From an uncultured bacterium (lineage in GTDB: Bacteria; Patescibacteriota; Minisyncoccia; Phycocordibacterales; GWA1-40-21), in contig CAIJUJ010000029.1 of NCBI GenBank assembly GCA_903823865.1, positions 1 to 48,913 on the forward strand: 48,913 bases of DNA. Reading direction: 5' to 3'. Below, piece after piece: positions 18,327 to 26,121 of this stretch (position 1 is the first letter of the stretch; the number at the start of each line of letters is the position of its first letter). Below the pieces are notes generated by a model that did no database searches, had not been told where the DNA came from, and saw only the letters and a list, made by a program, of their open reading frames with translations. A program made the translations under genes and the position numbers.

Positions 18327-18677
18327 TTAAAATTTAAGTCCACCTTCTCTTGCGCCATCGGCAAAAGCTTTTATTTTGCCTGTATAAATAAATCCGCCTC
18401 TATCAAAAACTACTTTTGATATGCCTTTTTCTTGTGCGATTTTTGCCAATTCTTTTCCGGCATTTGCAGATTTTTCTAGAAGTCCTTTTCCTTTTGCTTT
18501 GTCAGCTGAATATGCAGCCAAAGTAATTCCCTTTGAATCATCAATAACTTGTCCGTAAACTGAAGTGTTTGATTTGTAAACACAAAGTCTTGGCATCAAA
18601 GAAGTACCAGAGATTTTTGCTCTGATTCTGTTGTGTCTTACTTCTATTTTTAATGATTTGGTTGGTGATCTTTTCAT
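18327..18677 (-). CDS. rplR: 50S ribosomal protein L18
   Basis: PRLCVYKSN, VVFDRGGFIYTGKIKAFADGAREGGL. Confidence 0.95.
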   Translation of the reverse strand: MKRSPTKSLKIEVRHNRIRAKISGTSLMPRLCVYKSNTSVYGQVIDDSKGITLAAYSADKAKGKGLLEKSANAGKELAKIAQEKGISKVVFDRGGFIYTGKIKAFADGAREGGLKF

Positions 18678-18709
18678 TTTATTAAATTTTTTTGTATTTT
18701 GTGTTTTTT

Positions 18710-18741
18710 ATACTATATACTGAATACTTATACTATATACT
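18710..18741 (-). repeat. AGTATnn heptad array (5 units) after the rplF stop
   Basis: ATACT at 18710, 18717, 18724, 18730 and 18737. Confidence 0.8.
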
Positions 18742-18743
18742 TT

Positions 18744-19277
18744 TTATGCCGTTTTCTTTCCTTCTTTTCTTCTGATGACTTCGCCTTCAAATCTGATTCC
18801 CTTTCCTTTATATGGTTCTGGTTTCTTTATTGCTTTCAAACTTGAAGCAAAACTTGTAACCAATTCTTTATCAATACCATTTATTACAATAATTCCTTTG
18901 TCTGAAGTTATTTTTAGATTTTTTGGAATTGAAACTTTTACTGGATGAGAAAATCCTACCTTGAAAACAATTTCTGCTGGTGTGATATCTGCTTTAAAAC
19001 CAATTCCTTCAACGACAAGCCTGTTTGAGTATCCTTTATTTACTCCTTCCACCATATTTGTAATATGAGAAGAATAAGTACCCCAAAGTGCTTTGTTTTC
19101 CAAAGTATCTTTTACTGGTTTTAATTCAACTTTATTTCCAACAACTTGGATTGTAATGTTTTTCTTGAAAGCTCGTGAAAGTTCTCCTAGCGGACCTTTT
19201 ACAGTAACAACATCACCGTTCACGACAACTGTGGTTTTTGCTGGTATTTCTATTCCTTTTTTACCTAATCTTGACAT
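18744..19277 (-). CDS. rplF: 50S ribosomal protein L6
   Basis: MSRLGKK, VKGPLGEL and PEPYKGKGI. Confidence 0.95.
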   Translation of the reverse strand: MSRLGKKGIEIPAKTTVVVNGDVVTVKGPLGELSRAFKKNITIQVVGNKVELKPVKDTLENKALWGTYSSHITNMVEGVNKGYSNRLVVEGIGFKADITPAEIVFKVGFSHPVKVSIPKNLKITSDKGIIVINGIDKELVTSFASSLKAIKKPEPYKGKGIRFEGEVIRRKEGKKTA

Positions 19278-19295
19278 TGTATTTTATAAAAATAT

Positions 19296-19685
19296 TTACC
19301 AAATTTTGAACAATACTTCCCCACCAACTTTTTGTTTAACAGCTTCTCTGTTTGAAAGAATACCTGCTGGTGTTGAAAAAATTGTTGTACCAAATCCGTA
19401 TTTAAAAGGTTTTATATCTCCTGATTTTTGATAGATTCTTCTTGAAGGTTTTGAAACTCTTTGTACTCCTGATATTTTTGGAGTTTTGTCTGATTTATAA
19501 TTTAAAACAACATCAAGCATTCTGCCTGTGCTATTTATTGAAAATGATTTTACATAACCAGCCCTTGTTAGCGCATCTGCAATTGCAACTTTATTTTTTG
19601 AAGTATAAACAGAAATAGATTCCTTGCCAGCAAGGTTTGCATTCTTAATTCTTATTATAAAGTCTCCGATAATATCTGTTACCAT
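19296..19685 (-). CDS. rpsH: 30S ribosomal protein S8
   Basis: [23 protein letters not shown] and [15 protein letters not shown]. Confidence 0.95.
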   Translation of the reverse strand: MVTDIIGDFIIRIKNANLAGKESISVYTSKNKVAIADALTRAGYVKSFSINSTGRMLDVVLNYKSDKTPKISGVQRVSKPSRRIYQKSGDIKPFKYGFGTTIFSTPAGILSNREAVKQKVGGEVLFKIW

Positions 19686-19864
19686 GATGATTTTTTTACA
19701 CCGGGAATTTTTCCCTGATTAGCAAACTCTCTAAAGCAAATTCTGCATAGATCAAACTCTCTCATGTAGCCGTGTTTTCTTCCACAACGGAAACATCTTC
19801 GCACTACTCTTGATGCGAATTTTACTGGTTTTTTTGATCTAGCTATAACTGATTTTTTAGCCAT
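19679..19864 (-). CDS. rpsN: 30S ribosomal protein S14 (Zn-binding type, 61 aa)
   Basis: MAKKS start at 19864 (the track start at 19897 lies in the promoter region); [15 protein letters not shown]. Confidence 0.93.
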   Translation of the reverse strand: MAKKSVIARSKKPVKFASRVVRRCFRCGRKHGYMREFDLCRICFREFANQGKIPGVKKSSW

Positions 19865-19872
19865 AATTAAAT

Positions 19873-20080
19873 AAAAGCTTGAAAAAGCTTGTCGCAATAT
19901 ACTAGCAAGAACCTAGAGGAAAGTCAATGAAATGACGAGTCTTATTCAGATAAGACGACTATATTTCATTGACCCCGTCACTATTTCAGCAAAATCATAA
20001 TAATTACTAAAATTGGCGATAGAAAACTTGTACTAAATTAATAAAAAAATTAACTGATAAAAATAGTGTTGGGGGTCAAC
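19873..20080 (-). repeat. Structured promoter cassette, copy 1 (includes rpsN promoter TTGACT-17-TAGTAT at 19899-19927)
   Basis: Homologous to 24003-24215 with identical blocks of 11, 19 and 12 bp. Confidence 0.75.
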
Positions 20081-20102
20081 AAAAAAACCGCTATTATGCG
20101 GT
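20081..20102 (-). terminator. Intrinsic terminator after rplE
   Basis: Minus strand ACCGC-ATAATA-GCGGT followed by a T-tract. Confidence 0.6.
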
Positions 20103-20672
20103 CTTTTTTCTTTTGCTCTTAATTCTTTTAGCATCCTCTCCTTTTTTGAATGGAAAGCCTAAATATTCTAGGAAAGCTTTTGCTGTAACTTTATCTTTTT
20201 GATTTGTAACGATTGTGATTGATAGTCCAAAAACATCTTTCAATTCTTCGTTTGATGCTTCTGGAAAAACTGAATTTTCTTTCATTCCGATTGTGAAATT
20301 ACCCATATTGTCTATTGCGTGTGCAGAAAGTCCTCTAAAATCTTTTGTTCGTGGCAATGCAACATAAACAAGCTTGTCTAGAAAATCAAACATTCTGTGT
20401 CCTCTTAAAGTAACTTGATATCCGACCGGATCTCCTTCTCTTACTTTGAAAGTAGCAACTGATTTCTTTGCGACTTTAAGCATAACTTTTTGTCCAGAAA
20501 TTTTTGTAAGTCTGTCTTCAACAACTTTGTTTTTGTTTTTATCTTTGAATGAACCGGTGCCAGAACTCAAAACAACCTTCACAATTTTTGGTGTTTGCAT
20601 TTTGTTCTTTAAACCCAAAGTTCCCTTTAAGGATTCAAATGCTTTATTCTGTTTTTCTTTTAATGACATCAT
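20094..20672 (-). CDS. rplE: 50S ribosomal protein L5
   Basis: PKIVKVVL, ISGQK, FKVREG, ALPRTKDFRGL and DNMGNFTIG. Confidence 0.95.
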   Translation of the reverse strand: MMSLKEKQNKAFESLKGTLGLKNKMQTPKIVKVVLSSGTGSFKDKNKNKVVEDRLTKISGQKVMLKVAKKSVATFKVREGDPVGYQVTLRGHRMFDFLDKLVYVALPRTKDFRGLSAHAIDNMGNFTIGMKENSVFPEASNEELKDVFGLSITIVTNQKDKVTAKAFLEYLGFPFKKGEDAKRIKSKRKKTA

Positions 20673-20688
20673 GATGTTTAATTTTTTA

Positions 20689-20720
20689 ATACTGTATACT
20701 AAATACTTATACTATATACT
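20689..20720 (-). repeat. AGTATnn heptad array (5 units) after the rplX stop
   Basis: ATACT at 20689, 20696, 20703, 20709 and 20716; same 7,7,6,7 spacing as 18710-18741. Confidence 0.8.
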
Positions 20721-20724
20721 GATT

Positions 20725-21024
20725 CTATATTTCTTTTCCTGTCTGTTTTGATATTCTGACAAATTTACCACCAATAAGTTTTTTCCCAACTCTTGCTCTC
20801 TTGCCTGCTTCATTTACCATAACGTTTGAAGCGTTGATAGGCATTGTTTTGTTTATTATCTGACCTTTTGAATCAGACTTTTTTGCTTTTTGGTGTTTCT
20901 TGCTGATATTTACACCCTCAACAACAACTTTGTTTAATTTTGGGAAAGCAGCAATAACCTTTCCGACTTTACCCTTGTCTTTTCCTGCAATTACTATTAT
21001 GCTGTCTCCTTTTTTAATTTTCAT
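20725..21024 (-). CDS. rplX: 50S ribosomal protein L24
   Basis: KKGDSIIVIAGKDKGK (KOW), VVEGVN and PINASNV. Confidence 0.95.
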   Translation of the reverse strand: MKIKKGDSIIVIAGKDKGKVGKVIAAFPKLNKVVVEGVNISKKHQKAKKSDSKGQIINKTMPINASNVMVNEAGKRARVGKKLIGGKFVRISKQTGKEI

Positions 21025-21042
21025 TATAATTTTATTACTTAA

Positions 21043-21414
21043 TTAAACAATTTCTGGTGCAAGTGATGCAATCTTTTTAAAACCCAATTCTGCAAGCTCT
21101 CTTGGAATAGGACCAAATACTCTACCTGCTATTGGATCTTTTTTACCCTTTTCAATAATAACAACTGCATTTTCATCAAATCTTATATACGAACCATCTG
21201 CTCTTCTGAAAGGCTGTCTTTGTCTGACAATAACTCCATAAAGAATATCCTTTTTCTTAGCCATTTTTCTTGGTTCTGCTTTTTGTACTGAAAGGACAAC
21301 TACCTCGCCGATTTTTGCCCATCTCTTTTTTGAACTTCCAAGAATCTTAAAAACTCTGCCTATTTTGGCACCTGAGTTATCTGTTATTTTTATAATTGAT
21401 CTTGGTTGTATCAT
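21043..21414 (-). CDS. rplN: 50S ribosomal protein L14
   Basis: DNSGAK, IRFDENAVV and RVFGPIPREL. Confidence 0.95.
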   Translation of the reverse strand: MIQPRSIIKITDNSGAKIGRVFKILGSSKKRWAKIGEVVVLSVQKAEPRKMAKKKDILYGVIVRQRQPFRRADGSYIRFDENAVVIIEKGKKDPIAGRVFGPIPRELAELGFKKIASLAPEIV

Positions 21415-21441
21415 TTTGGTATGTTAATTAAATACTAATCT

Positions 21442-21693
21442 TTATTTTAAAACTTTAAAATTCTTATTCTTTGAAATTGGTTTTGTTTCTATTATTTCTA
21501 TAATTTCTCCTTCTTTACAAGTATTCCCTGCATCGTGAGCCATTATTTTATTTTGTTTCTTTATATATTTTCCATATTTTGGATGTTTCTTAAAAGAATC
21601 GATAGAAATAACTACAGTGTCTTTCATTTTTGTAGAAACGACTACACCTTTTAATATTTTTCCATTATTCTTTTGTACTGTTGTTTTTTCCAT
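21442..21693 (-). CDS. rpsQ: 30S ribosomal protein S17
   Basis: GVVVSTKMKDTVV, HPKYGKY and ETKPISK. Confidence 0.95.
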   Translation of the reverse strand: MEKTTVQKNNGKILKGVVVSTKMKDTVVISIDSFKKHPKYGKYIKKQNKIMAHDAGNTCKEGEIIEIIETKPISKNKNFKVLK

Positions 21694-21710
21694 TTTATAT
21701 TAGTTTAAAA

Positions 21711-21911
21711 TTATGCTTTCTTTTCTTTTTTTGATTCGTTTAAAATTGTAAGTATTTGTGCAATCTCTTTTTTCAAATTTCTTCCAGCTTTAACATTTTT
21801 TGTTTTGCTTCCTGAAGTGCCGAATCTAAAATTGCTCAAAGCTACTGCTTTTTCCCCAAGCTCTTTATCTAGTTCACCTTCTGTTTTTTTTCTTAAATCT
21901 TTTATATTCAT
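21711..21911 (-). CDS. rpmC: 50S ribosomal protein L29
   Basis: LSNFRF, LKKEIAQILT; position between rplP and rpsQ. Confidence 0.9.
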   Translation of the reverse strand: MNIKDLRKKTEGELDKELGEKAVALSNFRFGTSGSKTKNVKAGRNLKKEIAQILTILNESKKEKKA

Positions 21912-21921
21912 TGTATTAAAA

Positions 21922-22338
21922 TTATCTTGCTAGAAATTTTGTATCTACTGGAAGTTTTGTCCCACCTTTTCTTAGCATTTCTTTTGCAGAAATTGCATCA
22001 ACTCCATCAACTTCAAAAAGGACTCTTCCTGGCTTGACGATAGCAACATATCCTTGCAATTCTCCTTTACCCTTTCCCATTTTAACTTCGGCTGGCTTTT
22101 GTGTATATGGATGATCTGGGAAAATTCTTACCCAAATCTTTCCGCTCTTGCTCATTGTGTGTGCAATTGCTTTTCTTGCTGCTTCTATTTGTTGTGATTT
22201 TATTCTACCTGCTGAAGTGGCTTTCAAACCAAAAGAACCGAAAGAAACTTTAGTTCCTCTAGTTTCAACACCAACTTTTTCAGAGTTTTCTCTGAATGTA
22301 TGTGCTTTTCTAAATTTTACTTTTTTTGGCATCAACAT
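21922..22338 (-). CDS. rplP: 50S ribosomal protein L16
   Basis: MLMPKKVKFRK, QIEAARK, WVRIFPD and KMGKGKG. Confidence 0.95.
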   Translation of the reverse strand: MLMPKKVKFRKAHTFRENSEKVGVETRGTKVSFGSFGLKATSAGRIKSQQIEAARKAIAHTMSKSGKIWVRIFPDHPYTQKPAEVKMGKGKGELQGYVAIVKPGRVLFEVDGVDAISAKEMLRKGGTKLPVDTKFLAR

Positions 22339-22349
22339 GACTTTTAAAA

Positions 22350-23039
22350 TTATTTATTTTTTGTATCAGCGGCTTGTCCACTTTTCTTTGCAAAAATATC
22401 TCCTTTGTATATCCAAACCTTAATTCCCAAATCACCGTATGTCATGTGGGCTTTTTCTTGTGCGTAGTCAATATCTGCTCTCAAAGTTTGAAGTGGAATT
22501 CTTCCTCTTTTCAATTCTTCTGCTCTTGCGATTTCGGCACCGCCAAGTCTTCCTCCACAATAAATTCTGATACCTTTTACATCTCTATTTGCCATAACTT
22601 TTTCAACAGTTTGTTTCATAACTCTTCTGAAAGGCAATCTTTTTTCTAGTCCTTCAGCAATCATTTGTGCGACTATTGCAGAATTTGATTCTGGTGATTT
22701 TATTTCTTCTACATCAAGTTTAAAATCTGCTGGAATAGTAAGTTTGTGTCGTGAAGCAAATTTCATTATATCTTTTCGAAGTTTGACTGAGCCTTCCCCG
22801 CTTCTGCCGATAACAACACCCGGTCTTGATGTTTTTAATATCAATCTAAATGTTTTGTCATTTCTTTCCATTTCAATAGCACCAATATATTGGCCTCTCA
22901 TTTTCTTTTCTAAATATTCTCTTAGCATCATGTCTGCTCTTAGAAAATCTTTATATTTTTGGCCAGTTGAAAACCATCGAGATTTCCAATCGCGGATTAT
23001 GCCTAATCTATGTGAATATGGGTGAACTGAATGTGACAT
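22350..23039 (-). CDS. rpsC: 30S ribosomal protein S3
   Basis: VHPYSHRLG, SRPGVVIGRSG, GRLGGAEIAR and PLQTLRADIDY. Confidence 0.96.
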   Translation of the reverse strand: MSHSVHPYSHRLGIIRDWKSRWFSTGQKYKDFLRADMMLREYLEKKMRGQYIGAIEMERNDKTFRLILKTSRPGVVIGRSGEGSVKLRKDIMKFASRHKLTIPADFKLDVEEIKSPESNSAIVAQMIAEGLEKRLPFRRVMKQTVEKVMANRDVKGIRIYCGGRLGGAEIARAEELKRGRIPLQTLRADIDYAQEKAHMTYGDLGIKVWIYKGDIFAKKSGQAADTKNK

Positions 23040-23040
23040 A

Positions 23041-23517
23041 TTATTTATTTGGTTCTGACTTAACTTTTTCTGCTTTTTTTGCCTTTGGTTTTACTTCAAC
23101 TTTTTTTTCTGTTGTTTCAGCTTTTACTACTGGCTTTGCTATAGTTTTCAACTTTGAAAGTTTAGACTTTTTTGCTGGCATATTATCTATTGTATCTAAT
23201 TGTACAAAAACATGGCTTGTTCTTTTGTTGATTGGATAAGCCATTCCTCTTGATCTTGGCATTCTTCTTTTTAGAACTACGCCTGCATCTACTCTAAATT
23301 CTTTTACATAAAGCTGATCGGATGAAATATTATAATTGTGAGATGCATTTGCTACTGCTGAGTCTATCAAGTCTAAAAGTGGCTTTGCCGCTCTCTTTAC
23401 CAAAAAAGTTAGAGAATTTTTTGCTTCTTCTACTTTTTTTCCTTTCACTAGATTGGCAACTAATCTTACCTTTCTTGGTGACTGTCTATAATCATTTAAA
23501 TTTGCTGTAATCATCAT
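23041..23517 (-). CDS. rplV: 50S ribosomal protein L22 (Lys-rich C-terminal extension)
   Basis: RQSPRKVRLVANLVKGK, SAVANA, PRSRG and KRTSH. Confidence 0.95.
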   Translation of the reverse strand: MMITANLNDYRQSPRKVRLVANLVKGKKVEEAKNSLTFLVKRAAKPLLDLIDSAVANASHNYNISSDQLYVKEFRVDAGVVLKRRMPRSRGMAYPINKRTSHVFVQLDTIDNMPAKKSKLSKLKTIAKPVVKAETTEKKVEVKPKAKKAEKVKSEPNK

Positions 23518-23523
23518 TGGTTA

Positions 23524-23865
23524 TTATTTTTTAGCTTCTGTTGATGCTTTAGCTGCTTTTGATGCTGAAATTTCTGATTCCTTTGCTGCGATATCAATAT
23601 CTTTCTGCATTTTACCTCCGTGTTTAGTAAACTTTCTTGTTGGAGAAAATTCGCCAAGTCTGTGTCCAACCATATCTTCTGTTACCAAAACATCTATGTG
23701 TTGTTTGCCATTGTGAACACCAAAAACAAAGCCAACCATTTCTGGAGAAATCTGACTTCTTCTTGACCATGTTTTTATTGAACCTGTTTCTACGGGTTTT
23801 TTACCTTCTATTTTTTTTAGAAGATTTTCATCAACATATGGTCCTTTCTTTAGTGATCGTGACAT
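23524..23865 (-). CDS. rpsS: 30S ribosomal protein S19
   Basis: [23 protein letters not shown] and [13 protein letters not shown]. Confidence 0.96.
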   Translation of the reverse strand: MSRSLKKGPYVDENLLKKIEGKKPVETGSIKTWSRRSQISPEMVGFVFGVHNGKQHIDVLVTEDMVGHRLGEFSPTRKFTKHGGKMQKDIDIAAKESEISASKAAKASTEAKK

Positions 23866-24002
23866 CCCAGTTATAAATTTTATTGCTACTAATCTTTAAG
23901 TTTACTATCTTTTTTTGTTTTAAATTTTAACGCTTTTTTTACTATTCACTTCATCTCGTTATTTATAACGGGACAGGTAAAATATTTGCGTAAAATAAAA
24001 CA

Positions 24003-24215
24003 AGAAGCTCCTAAGAGCTCGAGTAAACATATTAGCAAAATCCAAAGAAATGTCAAGAAAATAAAGAGCCCTGTGACAAAACAGGGCGACTATATTTTCT
24101 TGACCCCGTCACTATTTCCACTAAATCAAAACAATCATTAAAATTGGCGAAAAAACATGTTATTTAATAATAATCAATAAAATCAAATAATAAAAATGGT
24201 GTTGGTGGGTCAACA
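24003..24215 (-). repeat. Structured promoter cassette, copy 2 (includes rpsS promoter TTGACA-16-TAATAT at 24029-24056)
   Basis: Homologous to 19873-20080. Confidence 0.75.
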
Positions 24216-24259
24216 GCTAAAACGGTGTATTTGAGCCATACTTTTTAAAATGAGATAAA

Positions 24260-24400
24260 TTACCTTTCAACATTAATACCAGCAGTATTATTTGTACTTT
24301 CTTTTGATTCAAAATAACCGGTAACTCCCATGATCAGAAAGCTGATACCAACAATGACAGCAAAGGTAATTAAAAATTTGAAAAATGTTGAATTAAACAT
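24260..24400 (-). CDS. Small single-TM protein (46 aa; not in the ORF track)
   Basis: Hand translation MFNSTFFKFLITFAVIVGISFLIMGVTGYFESKESTNNTAGINVER*; TGC-TATAAT 7 nt upstream of the ATG. Confidence 0.6.
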   Translation of the reverse strand: MFNSTFFKFLITFAVIVGISFLIMGVTGYFESKESTNNTAGINVER

Positions 24401-24430
24401 ACCTATTATTATAGCACCCGTCTTGGCACA

Positions 24431-25939
24431 TTAAAAATTATAAAATATATGTGCAAAAGCCTTCATCCCATTTATGGGAATATCTATTAGTTTTGTCCAG
24501 AAACTTTTTGTGGATGAAGAAGTTACTGCTTCAGCAACTGTAGCTGTTTCTTGGAGATTGTCGTTTGTGGATAAGTTTTTTGTGTCATTAGTTATTGTGG
24601 TAGTTTTTTGTGGTGTTTGAGATACTGCAATCTGTTTTTTATATTGTTCAGCCAATACTTCCGCTTCAGCAACAGAAATGCTTGGGCTGTCCGATAATGT
24701 TTCGGCCTGTGTGGTTGTTGCAACACTCGATAAAACTGAATTTTCTTGTTCTCTACTTGAAAGATTAAAATACGCCACTTCCCTACCAGATGGATTTGCT
24801 AAAGCGACTCTTTCGGTTGATGAGCTAATATTTAAATCGTCTTTAGATAAAATAATTTTATTATTCGCACTTATTATTGTATCTTTTGGAAAAATAAAAT
24901 CTTTTTCGATACCGCGAATTTTCCAACCACCAATATTAATTTCTGTTTTACCATTATTTTTTATTTCAATATCTCCGCCTAAAATTTGTACTATCGATAT
25001 TTCTGGATTAATTACTTTTACTATAGTTCTAGACACTGAACTTTCTTCTCCGCAAGTGCCATTTAACACAACCTGATATTCACCGGCGTACTTATATGTA
25101 TGTGTGATATTTTTTCCACCTACTTCAAAACCATCTCCAAATGACCAGCTAAAATTTGGTGTGCATTGATTTGTACTAGGTACAGAATATTTTGCATCAA
25201 ATTCTAAAGGAGAGCCAACTAGAGCCATTCTTTCTCTACCAGCGGACATTTGAAAAATTGTTTTTTCTGTATAATTGCTTAGATCTTCTATACCCGAATG
25301 CGCGGAAACGTAAACAGTTCTTGTAACAATTTTTGTTGTTTGAGTATTGGTGCTTGTTGATATCGTACTTGAAGATGTATTATTTTGATTATTTGTATTA
25401 TCTGTTGATGTTGATATTTGTTCTTCTATAAAACCAATGGTTGCAGCAGCAGTTTCCCAAATACCACCAATTTTTTGCAAAGAATTTCCATCTCCCGATG
25501 CACCCATAGAGGAATCATAAGACATCGAATCAATTATTACATTTTTGTCATCCTTAATAGCCACGGTTCCGGAAGCGTTTGTTAGAGTAAAACTGCTATC
25601 GAATACTTTTCCATGATAATTCGGGAAATTGATTTTAAAATTAATAGGATTGTCTACCAAAACCACAGAATCTCCTTTACTTATAGTCGTTGAACCATCC
25701 AAATCTTTAATCAAATGATTGCTATCGTTAATGGTCAATTTAATTTTGGAAATATCTATATCTGATTCATTATCATTTATGATTTTGACCCATTCCTTAT
25801 CAGTGTCAGTGCCTTTGGCATCATACATAACTTCAACAATAGATATTTTAGCAAAAACTTTTTTAACAAAAATAAAATTAGTAATAAAAATTAATAATAT
25901 ACAAAATAAAAAGAACAAATATTGTTTGTTTTTTAGCAT
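24431..25939 (-). CDS. Secreted lamin-tail-domain + PKD-domain surface protein
   Basis: ISIVEVMYD..D.EWV (LTD-like), WSFGDG..ITHTYKYAGEY (PKD) and a second EIKNNG..INIGGW LTD-like segment. Start moved to MLKNK at 25939 because the track start overlaps a terminator and a DnaA box. Confidence 0.75.
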   Translation of the reverse strand: MLKNKQYLFFLFCILLIFITNFIFVKKVFAKISIVEVMYDAKGTDTDKEWVKIINDNESDIDISKIKLTINDSNHLIKDLDGSTTISKGDSVVLVDNPINFKINFPNYHGKVFDSSFTLTNASGTVAIKDDKNVIIDSMSYDSSMGASGDGNSLQKIGGIWETAAATIGFIEEQISTSTDNTNNQNNTSSSTISTSTNTQTTKIVTRTVYVSAHSGIEDLSNYTEKTIFQMSAGRERMALVGSPLEFDAKYSVPSTNQCTPNFSWSFGDGFEVGGKNITHTYKYAGEYQVVLNGTCGEESSVSRTIVKVINPEISIVQILGGDIEIKNNGKTEINIGGWKIRGIEKDFIFPKDTIISANNKIILSKDDLNISSSTERVALANPSGREVAYFNLSSREQENSVLSSVATTTQAETLSDSPSISVAEAEVLAEQYKKQIAVSQTPQKTTTITNDTKNLSTNDNLQETATVAEAVTSSSTKSFWTKLIDIPINGMKAFAHIFYNF

Positions 25940-25986
25940 AATTACAAAATATTTTATCATCCCAAAAAGTTCTCTCCTAATTTTTC

Positions 25987-25995
25987 TGTGGATAA
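25987..25995 (-). promoter_or_regulatory. Perfect DnaA box (TTATCCACA)
   Basis: CTGTGGATAACT, identical to 30512-30523. Confidence 0.6.
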
Positions 25996-26049
25996 CTTTC
26001 ATCCCCGAGGTGGAGCCTCGGGGATTTTTTTTTGATTTTATTGCAAACA

Positions 26050-26075
26050 AAAAACCGCCTTTCGGCGGTTTTTTG
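26050..26075 (-). terminator. Intrinsic terminator of the large surface protein gene
   Basis: AAAAAACCGCC-TTTC-GGCGGTTTTTT. Confidence 0.85.
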
Positions 26076-26121
26076 TAACCTATTCTTCTACGACGAATCT
26101 CGTAGATAGAATCACAAGTGG

